Source: Octopus vulgaris (taxonomy: Eukaryota). Taken from it: a DNA stretch of 64,000 nucleotides. Below, one piece after another: positions 53,330-64,000 of the stretch; position 1 is the first letter of the stretch; each line of letters starts with the position of its first letter. The DNA is taken from contig OX597816.1 in assembly GCA_951406725.2 (NCBI GenBank), forward strand, positions 86,800,001-86,864,000, in the 5' to 3' direction. Under the pieces are notes generated by a model. That model was not told the DNA's origin and did no database searches. It saw only the letters and a program-made list of their open reading frames with translations. The translations under genes and the position numbers were made by a program.

Positions 53330-54700
53330 TATGCTTGCAACACTCTCAGAAACGGTTTTGTTGTTAAAATAGTGTGTATTTTCCTAAATTTTAGTATATA
53401 GATGTTTGACAAGAAATATGTGCGTATATGTGTGTGCCTGTATGTGTATATGAACGTATGTCTGTCTGTCTGTCTGTATGTATGTATGTATGTATGTATG
53501 TATGTATGTATGTATGTATGTATGTATGTATGTATGTGTGTGTGTATGTATGTATGTATGTATATCCATGTATGTATATATATATATATGCGCATTGTCT
53601 CATTGACTCATTACGGATTTCATACTATATACTCAATGAAACCAAAAGAGGTACGGTCTGATAGACAAATATAAAGATATGCGACTCTTGTACATGATCT
53701 CTACGTTACTTTCTTTCATGCTATCGTGTGTTTTTCTCCGTCTTCCACACGCACAAATTGTCACAAAGGCAAGAATCTCATACAATAACACAATCATGTT
53801 CTATTACATATTGAGAATGAAACATATGTGAGTGTGAGAGATAGATGCATAGATGGAGAGGGAGAGAGTGAGTGATTTAGAGAGAGAAAGAAAGAGAAAG
53901 ATAGAGAAAATGAAAGAGGCCTGAAGAATTATATGAATATTTAAGTAAAGATTACTGATAGACATACAAATATATCATATACTTGCACGTATATATACAT
54001 ACATATATTTATATACAGATATATACATATATATCTGTGTGTGCATGTGTGAGTGTCTGTGTGTGTGTGTGTAAGTATATAAGAACGCTAATAAATTTGC
54101 ATCCATATACATAAATATACATGAATGCATACACATAGAAGCACATACACACACACCCATACACACACGCACACACACACACACACACACACAGACGGTG
54201 TAAAAGAGAGACGGTGATAGAGACAGGTACACATACACACAGCCAAACATCCGTCGAAGCACGTATGCGAGTATACGCGAAATCATGCACTGTGGAGAAT
54301 ATAGACATCTCGGTGCCATTCTGAAGAAATAAATACAGACAGCTGAGTATGAACTTGCTGATTTAAATAACTGATTTAGTTATTATTACTGCTTCAACGG
54401 TTCTCATGATCAGTCCCGACTACCCAAGTTGACTCACAGCATGGCGTCTGCTGTATAAGGAATGACCAGCCATAAAAATGGCTGCCTCGAACGTATTATC
54501 ATTTTCGTGTTGTTGAAAGGAATATGGCATACATTATTATTGCTATCGTTATATCAGTTACACGTGACGGGAACAGTTTATATATATTTGAATAATTCCA
54601 TACACATAACTCTCTTAATATGTATTGCTGAATGACGGTAAATATATGTACCTCTACATACAGACAGATACACATACATGAATGCATACATACATATATA

Positions 54701-54752
<52 letters not shown>

Positions 54753-55157
54753 GAGGAGCGAGTGAGAGAGAGACTAGCACACACGTATTTATATTCATAT
54801 GTGTTGTTTGGAATTTACATATATATTAAGACTTTTTGAATATTTATGTATTTATTTTATTGAATATTGCTGTTCTAGATACAAACACATGCATAGGTAG
54901 ATAGATATCTAGACAGATAAATAGATATATAGCTATTGTTAAGCTTATGTATGTATATATATATATATATATATATATGTTTATATATGTGTATGTACAC
55001 ATATAAGGGTGTGTATGTATATGTATGTATATGTGTACATATATATATACATACATATATATACACACATATATATATATACACATATATATATATATAC
55101 ACATATATATGTATGTATATATATATATGTGTATATATGTATGTATATATATATATG

Positions 55158-55213
<56 letters not shown>

Positions 55214-55308
55214 TATATAAATATATATATATAAACTTAGTACCTAGTGCGAACATTTTTATAAGAAATGAAAGTAGCAGTTATACTGAGAAGCAATGTT
55301 TGTCGCCA

Positions 55309-55577
55309 CTTCAGCATAGTTGCTCCCTACGAACCGACGTTACCATCATTTTTAACCCCAAAATGACGCCACCTCCAGCTGCTGGTTATCAATGCAATCT
55401 GTACCCGATATATATTGCAAATAAGGGAGCGAAACCCTACCGACTTCTAACGGCATAACAGGAGCACCAGACTCCGGATTCGGGCTATTTTGCTCAGCCT
55501 CTCTGGTGGTGTAGGAGGCGTACTCTTGGGTTAAAAGCGGTAGTATCATCGGTTCATCAGGAACGGCGACGTTGAAG
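55309..55577. repeat. Diverged CpG-rich inverted repeat (arms about 70 bp)
   Basis: cttcagc...cgaaccgacgttaccatcatttttaaccc versus the reverse complement cttcaac...tgaaccgatgatactaccgcttttaaccc. Confidence 0.65.
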
Positions 55578-55578
55578 A

Positions 55579-55615
<37 letters not shown>

Positions 55616-56251
55616 ATAATTAAATAAATATGATATTTTATACCTATAAATTCATATAACTATTCGGACACAGAATAATGTCTGAAACCGTATCACGAAT
55701 ATCAAAACGATAAGATGTATTGTGTGTGTGTGTGCGTGCGTGAGTGCGTGAGTGTGTTAGTGTGCGCGCGAACATATATGAATATATACATAAACATAGT
55801 ATATATCTATATATCTGTATACATAGCATATGCATATATACATATACTATGTATATATATATATATGTACATATACAGATACAGAGTGTGATAAATATAC
55901 TTTATGTAGTTATTTTCACGATATAAACAGTTGGTTTATATCTAGACATATACACACGTTTATATCATAAACATCGGTACAAAACAATAGAAACTAAAGT
56001 ACGTGTTTTAGTTGCGATCTTATTCCTCTCAGAACTGATCTTCTTTATTTAACCAAAGAGCGACTAAACATCAAAAAGTTTAAAAAACACAGTCTCTAAT
56101 TTGAATATTCTTAAACAAATTTTATTTGAATTCCATTAAACGCTTATATATTTCTAAGTTTATAATACGTTCGAATTTCTAAATTATATGCAGACAATAG
56201 CAAATAAAGTGAAAACGTGCATACGATTTGTACAAATTAATGAATCACTTC

Positions 56252-56455
56252 GCTAGCAGAATCGTTTGCTCACTGGACAAAATGCCTAGCATTTTTTCAT
56301 CCGTCTTTACGATTTCAGTTCAAATTCCGCGGAAGTCAATTTTCCCTTTCATCCTTTCCAGATCAATAACATAAGTGCCAGTTGAGCATTGAGGTCGAGA
56401 TAGTCGACTATGGCCTCCCCCAAAATTTCAGACCTATTGCCTATAGTAGAAAGAA
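56252..56455 (+). mobile_element. SINE family A, diverged
   Basis: gctagcagaatcgtt...gttcaaattccgc...ctttcatcctttc...cctatagtagaaag. Confidence 0.8.
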
Positions 56456-56880
56456 TGCTTTTCTTTGCGAGGTAGGGGACATCGAAATTTATTTATCGCA
56501 TTTTCGATAACAAAATAAGATGATGGACGAAAAATTATTGTTCTTAAAAATGTTCAATGAAATGATAAGAAAGGCTAATAAAAAAAAAAAAACCTAAAGG
56601 TTCTTGGAATACGAAACCAGGTGCTGCGATAACAAAGATGATTGCAGCAATATTAGGATATCAACCAATATCTTGTATCCAATACGCAATCGTATTTCTC
56701 GGTGGAGCAATTCGCAGAAAGGTAATAAGGCCACTGCGATAAAAATCTAGTTTAATAATTCAAGTTTAGATTTCTAGTTAAACATTGCTCTTTCCATATA
56801 TCTCTTAGGTTAATTCATATACGTATTTGATATGTGAGATGTATCTCGGTGAATAAATATTCATATACAAGTGTATATGC

Positions 56881-56916
<36 letters not shown>

Positions 56917-56943
56917 ATGTATATATGTATGTATGTATGTATG

Positions 56944-57018
<75 letters not shown>

Positions 57019-58004
57019 ATCTATGTATTATATATATATGTATGAATGTATGAATGTATGTAGTAATGTATTACTTCTTAACCGATATACCATGTTCAAT
57101 GTCTATATGTACATTATACCCGCACACATATGTGTGTGTATGTGTATACAGACATACATACATACATACATACATACATACATACATACATACATAAACA
57201 TAGATGCATACTTAGTTTGGTACTACTCGATATACTCTAGTATTAACAGGATATATCTCCCAAGATCAGAAAAGATAAACTGTCTCATTTCGGTAAACAT
57301 AACTTTCATAAAATTTACTGACAATTACTATATTATATATTTATATCATTATTGGAACTTGTTTTTCGGAAGTTGTTGAACGTAGTCTTTTCATTTAATT
57401 TGTTATTATATTATCTTGATTCAGTGATTTTTTTGTTGTTGTTGTTGTTTTATTTAGTTTAGTTTTTTTTTTTACTACTTTGGCATTTCGTTAAGCAATT
57501 TGCATTTGGTTATTGACAGCAGCCACTACCATTAATATCGGTAAAGCTGGTGATCGGCCAAAGGGCATTAAGAATGAATTAACCAAGAGGACGAGCGGAC
57601 GTTATATCAACATAAGTGTATGAAGACACACCAGCAGTTATTATTATATATTGATGGTGGTGCTATTTGCTAGCGAATAAACTTTGATTGAAGTTTTGTT
57701 TAATTTGCTAATGGTTATAGAAATTTGGAATGTGAGGAGAGTTGAGTAGGTAATGATATGGACAAGTAACCGAGCCGAGAAGTTTGTTTTCGGTTATCGA
57801 GAACAGATAAAAAAGTCGGTTAACGGCTAAAGGCATCTGCCTTAGGATTCTGGTTTGGCATCTTGTCCATGATTAAGACAAATTAATTGTTAAATACCAG
57901 GATTGCTCGAATTACACGAAATAGCAATCATTGTATGTGTACATATTAAAAGACAGACACACAGACAAATAGGTAGATAGATAGATAGATAGATAGATAG
58001 ATAC

Positions 58005-58039
<35 letters not shown>

Positions 58040-58040
58040 C

Positions 58041-58114
<74 letters not shown>

Positions 58115-58178
58115 GGATAGATAGATAGATAGATAGAAGGATAGATAGTTAGATGGATGGATGGATGGATGGATAGAT

Positions 58179-58591
58179 ACTCTTTTACTCTTTTACTTGT
58201 TTCAGTCATTTGACTGCGGCCATGCTGGAGCACCGCCTTTAGTCGAGCAAATCAACCCCGGGACTTATTCTTTGTAAGCCCAGTACGTATTCTATCGGTC
58301 TCTTTTGCCGAAACGCTAAGTTACGGGGACGTAAACACACCAGCATCGGTTGTCAAACAATGCTAGGGGGACAAACACAGACACACAAACACACACACAG
58401 ACACACACATACATATATACATATATACGACAGGCTTCTTTCAGTTTCCGTCTACCAAATCCACTCACAAGGCATTGGTCGGCCCGGGGCTATAGCAGAA
58501 GACACTTGCCCAAGATGCCACGCAGTGGGACTGAACCCGGAACCATGTGGCTGGTTAGCAAGCTACTTACCACACAGCCACTCCTGCGCCT
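58179..58591 (-). mobile_element. SINE family B, full length, little diverged
   Basis: Reverse complement of the family B consensus, between (GATA)n arrays. Confidence 0.92.
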
Positions 58592-58798
58592 ATAGATATG
58601 TTTCTTTATTAGCCACACAGGGCTGCACACAGACAGGACAAATAACAAGGTAGAGCTTTTCTTTTGGGGGTAAAAAAAGGGGGTTTGGTTTTCGATCAAA
58701 AGGGATCGTAAACGGAAAGAAAGAGGACAAAAAAAGGGGGGAATCAAATTTTAAAAAAAAAAGGATAGATAGATAGATAGACAAACAGATAAATAGAC

Positions 58799-58888
<90 letters not shown>

Positions 58889-58915
58889 AGGTATGATATT
58901 TATCTGGATCTAGAG

Positions 58916-59084
58916 CAGTGGTTACCAACTGTGGTTCCCAACCCTAGTATTCAGAAGTGTTTTCCCACGAACCCTTTTTAATATGCCTATCCTTATATAT
59001 ATAATTTTCAATTTAGTTCATCGACCTCCAGTACCACCTTTACGGACCACCAGGTGTCCGCGAACCCCAGATTGACTACCACTG
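58916..59084. mobile_element. hAT-Charlie-like MITE (169 bp)
   Basis: TIRs cagtggttaccaa / ttgactaccactg; left flank atctagag fits the NTCTAGAN target preference; right TSD decayed. Confidence 0.65.
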
Positions 59085-59329
59085 AGCAAGAACATCACTT
59101 CATCACTATATCCAGTTTCGTTTTGAAGTTCCATAGGATTTTAGCCTATTCCTTCTTGATCAGATGTTTCGTTATTGCATATCATTCTATATTCAATATA
59201 TGTTGCTCATTAGTATTGAACATATAAAATAATGACATCATGAAATCATTGATGAAAACTCATAATAATTTATCGGACCACAATGAAGTTCTTATAATGA
59301 ATTTTGGTTAAATACTAATAATTCTAAAG

Positions 59330-59927
<598 letters not shown>

Positions 59928-60386
59928 TTTATTAACTAATAATTTCCTTCGAACGAGTTAAAATCGCTCCGAATTCGCATTAAGAATTTTAATAAATCTA
60001 CATGGATTAATTAAGTTTAACACGTTTTTTTGTTGTTTTTTTTTTCAAGCAAATACATCATTCCTGAGGGATTACCAACCCTTTTACTGTGAATTTCGGT
60101 TAAATACCAATAATTATTTGCCAATGGCTTCCTTTTACTCCATTTCAAAAATTTTAAAAGAATTAGTGAACTTCACATTGCAATTTGAAAGTTGAATCCG
60201 TTTAAGAAAACAATGAGTAACTGCCGGACAAATTATGTAACATGCTCTTGTATTTAGACGAAAATTACATATTCCCATCCATACGTTCACCACGGATACA
60301 AACTCACAGCAGATACGTACACACGTTTACCAGATACACACACTCACTCATCAGATATATTCATCAAACTAGCCTACGAAACTTTA

Positions 60387-60700
60387 GTAGACGGATAACT
60401 CATCGGTAGACAGTTGGCCAACAGACAGTTGGCCAACAGACAATTGGCCGACAGACAATTGGCCGACAGACAATTAGTCGACAGACAACTTACAGACAGG
60501 ACGATTGAGCATTTGGACAATTTGTAGTTCTATCAATAATATATGCGTACGCTTTGTATAGAAGCTTTCTGTCTCCTCGCTCCGTTTTGATGAATTCTAT
60601 AATCGATACTTCTGCGTGTCAACTTATTGTCTAATCAGCCAATTGTCCAATCGGCGAACTGTCTGTCGACGAATTGTCTGTTAACGAATTGTTTGTACAC
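60387..60700. mobile_element. MULE/foldback-type non-autonomous DNA transposon (314 bp)
   Basis: Exact 11-bp flanking direct repeat acgaaacttta (60376-86 and 60701-11), G...C ends, and 15-bp tandem units (gacaattggccgaca) mirrored at the right end. Confidence 0.8.
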
Positions 60701-61169
60701 ACGAAACTTTAAGGTACATGGGGCCTACACTATTTGTATATAGTCATATACCGGGGATCCAGTTCATCTTCGGTTTGATGCAAGAGCGTGGTATTAATAA
60801 ACCACAACAATGGCAAAATACCGACAACTGCCACTCTTGGATTCGATCCGAGACGAGTTGTCTATGACGTCCATGTGTTTTAATGCTCAGTGTTATTAGG
60901 GACTCTTCCTAAATGATATCCCGCTGAAAAGTCGGCGAATAATCAAAACACGTTGTGTATATGATCGACACTATGCGTGTGCGTGCATGTGTCAATTGTC
61001 TTCTAAAGGATAAAAACTTTATGAACGTACACAGCTATGGAGATAAAGACGTCTTTGAAATGTAAACCTTCTGCAGGTTGGGTGGGTTAAGCTGCAAAGA
61101 TAAAGTGACAAATGTTGCAGAATTAGAATTTACTGAGAATCGAGTCCACAAAGATATCATACTCAGAAA

Positions 61170-62118
61170 AGTCTTGGAAAGCGGGCTCATGGGCACAGGG
61201 AGGACACCTGACTGATGGTTACTATATATATGTATATAATTTATACAGGTCTGTCGGTATGCATGGTTGAATGTATATCTCATGTATGAAATGAAAATAG
61301 GTACTAGCAAAATTTAAGTTAAGATGATAAATGCATACGAAGAAATGTGGCAGTGTTTGGGATAGTGTAATACTAAATTGGTCATAAGACTAGCAACTTC
61401 GATGGGTGGGATAAGACGATTACATCGACCCCAGTGCTAAACTGGTACTTATTTTATTGACTTCGAAACGGATGGAAGACTAAGTCGACGTCTGCGGAAT
61501 TTGAACTCAGAACCTAAGGATGGACGAAATGCCTGGTGTGCAAACGATTCTTCCAGCTCGCTGCTAGTATTCTACTGAATTAAAGACCAAATAATGAAAC
61601 AAAAGCTTACTTTCATCAGAACTGATCTGAAGAAGAGGTGGATAATAGTAAAAAGAAAAAGAAATAACCCGAAAATCTAATCTGTAATTAAAATGGAGTA
61701 AAGAAATTATATATGTAACATATACGGCAGCATAAACTTTTTTCAGTTTAGGCGGTGTATTAAAATCGAAAATAATCCATATACATATATATAATTTTTT
61801 ATGGTTCCTTTATAATGCAGACCTGAACTTTTCGCTCAATTAGCAAATCTGACTGTCATTTGTTATGACATCGACTTCCTGGTAATATTTCAAAAATTAT
61901 TCACTTCTTTTAGACTTCAGGCCAGCACTACAAATCGTATACACTGGCATCTTAAAAGCTGATAAACACTATCTTGGTAAGCCGGCTCCTGGGCACAGGG
62001 AGGACACCTGGCTGATGATGTGTATGTATGTATATAATTTATACAGGTCTGTATGTATGGTTGAATGTATATCCCATGCATGAAAGGAAAAGTAGGTACT
62101 GGTAACATTTAAGTTCAG
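61170..62118. repeat. Pair of direct repeats of about 150 bp (61170-61322 and 61971-62118)
   Basis: tcttgg.aagc.ggctc.tgggcacagggaggacacctg.ctgatg...tatataatttatacaggtctgt...taggtact...atttaagtt. Confidence 0.9.
61370..61565 (-). mobile_element. SINE family A, diverged
   Basis: attacatcgaccccagtg...gtcgac...ggaatttgaactcagaac...aacgattcttccagctcg. Confidence 0.8.
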
Positions 62119-63131
62119 AGTATAAATAGATACCAGGAATTTTTTGAAAAATATATTTCTCTTTTTTTCTTTATGTATTTGCCGATCGAAAAAGGGGTTT
62201 CCTTCTAGCTGCTTTACCAAAATATTCAAGTACTAGAAGTACTCTCCAAGGGGCAGACCGTCAATCGTCAGTTCTATTGCAAATCAGCTGCGTTACAACG
62301 GGGATTACTTTCAACAATCCGCCTGACAACCCGACCAAAATCCGCCCACAGTACGACCACAAAATTAAATAGAGTACATATGAAATTTTTCACAGTGTGT
62401 ACAATAATTATGGATTAAAGTTTTGTGTTTCATATTTTTATAACCCGTTGGAATGAAAAAAGTGTTGAAAAATATAAATCTGACATAAGACCTGTTCGGC
62501 TTACGACCTCATAGTCGAAACGCAACGCGTTCGTAAGTCGAAGAGAAGGTGAACAATACCAAGTCGGAAGCAACAGCTAGTGTCAACGAGGATAAAACGG
62601 TAAAATGACAGGCTTCTTATTTATGTTTGAGATGTCTGTGTTTGTGCATCACAACACAGGAACAAAACGAATACATTGAAATTACAAGAGGCAAATGATT
62701 TTGAAATGTATAATTTTTGCCTTTCTATTTTTACAACATCATGTCTTATACTAGCTGACTTGTACAGCGAAAATAAAATTTCAATTTAGAAATAGAATAA
62801 GCGGAAGACTAACATTGAAATATACTTAGTTTACACGCACACACACACACGTGCATGCGCGCGCACACACACACGCAGACACACATACATATATGTATAT
62901 ATATATATATATATATAGGTTATAAGAGGTAATGGTGTCATTGAAACCCAAAGGTGTCAGGTAATGCTGAATAAGTGCAATAGACAGACCATAGTTAAGT
63001 TCCAGGTTCGGTGATTGAGCGAATAAGGTGTTCAACGTTGGTCATATGTCAGCGTGTGTATATAAGAATTTTTTGCGTAATGACATAAAAAACCAAGGCT
63101 GTGTAGATATTAGAATATCTATAGATAGAAG

Positions 63132-63183
63132 GTCTTACTGCTGTTTTCAGGATATTTATTAATTATATCTCTTCATCGGAGTC
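63132..63183 (-). ncRNA. Type I hammerhead motif (left arm)
   Basis: gact-CCGATGA-agagatat...atatcct-GAAAAC-agca-GTA-agac. Confidence 0.6.
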
Positions 63184-63277
63184 GGTGTGAGAGGAGAGTT
63201 AATTTAGGATACAAAATACTCACTCTCTATTTTGTATCCTATCTAAATTAACTATTACTCAACCATCCTCTCACACC

Positions 63278-63329
63278 GTCTCCAATGAAGGGATATAATT
63301 AATAAATATCCTGGAAACAGCTGTAAGGC
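63278..63329 (+). ncRNA. Type I hammerhead motif (right arm)
   Basis: gtct-CCAATGA-ag-ggatat(aattaataa)atatcc-tg-GAAAC-agct-GTA-aggc with palindromic ACAGCTGT in stem III. Confidence 0.65.
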
Positions 63330-63389
63330 CTTCTTTCTATAAATGTTCTATCTACACAGCCTTGTTTTTTATCTCATTACGCAAAAAAT

Positions 63390-63447
<58 letters not shown>

Positions 63448-64000
63448 GTTTAGCAAGACTATTAAGACATGTAACTGTTTAATTTTTATTTCAACTTATA
63501 TTTTCGTCTAAATAGTAAAATCATTAGAAATCTAGTTTTAGTTAATTTCTTTCAATTATCTTATTCATAATCCTTTTTAAATGTGGCTCTGAAAATCTCG
63601 TTCAATTAGTCAACCTCTGAATCATTCACTGTGACATCTATTTACAGTCACCATTTCAAAAACTTAAGGAAAGTTAAACCAATAATACGGGAGAAGGTGT
63701 AAAAATAAATTTGATTCTCTATATTACTAAAGTGGATCATGAAATTTTTTGAAGTGGGTTTTCATTTACCAACGCGTTAAAGTCATTTTGCTAATATTTA
63801 ATTAAATACCTAATGAAAATATTTAGTTAACTAAATAAGACAGCATTATAGAAAAATATGACAATTCTCATGTAGGCGAGTGTCAGTATGCATGTCTGCG
63901 TGGGTCTATGAATATAGTTGTGGGGGAGAGAGAGACACAGAGAGGGTGAATGAGTGAGTGAATGTGTAAACAGATAGATAGATATTGATTTCAATTTTGC

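Larger units (their letters stand above)
63061..63395. mobile_element. 335-bp palindromic element with a hammerhead motif in each arm
   Basis: Arms of about 160 bp around a loop of about 9 nt near 63219-63227; sits in (TA)n. Confidence 0.88.

Noticed and set aside
60409-60495. CRISPR-like short repeats
   Set aside because: Contiguous 15-bp units with no spacers, mirrored at the other end of a TSD-flanked element, in a eukaryotic context.

Overview
AT-rich, repeat-saturated eukaryotic DNA, most likely an octopus (coleoid cephalopod) intergenic or large-intron region; the taxon is inferred from the SINE families and the dense (TA)n/(CA)n/(GATA)n/(ATT)n microsatellites. No host protein-coding gene can be identified with confidence, and almost all long ORFs in the track are microsatellite translations. 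The window holds about 25 copies of four or five tRNA-derived SINE families, a full-length decayed DD34D mariner (41711-43002), a full-length decayed Tc1-type element with DD36E spacing (10046-11301), several MITEs (mariner, hAT, MULE/foldback), a non-autonomous Helitron, and R4/Dong, RTE and HERO-like LINE remnants. The most striking signal is a set of Penelope-like element (PLE) derivatives carrying minimal type I hammerhead ribozyme (HHR) motifs from several unrelated families, some arranged as long palindromes. In one family the PLE 3' terminal repeat contains a tRNA-derived Pol III head upstream of the hammerhead (23419-23757, and again as a palindrome at 59330-59927). This is a candidate SINE-like, ribozyme-bearing module mobilised by Penelope. 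Most HHR copies carry core mutations, so activity is inferred for the family consensus only. All calls are by eye; no database search or folding was run.
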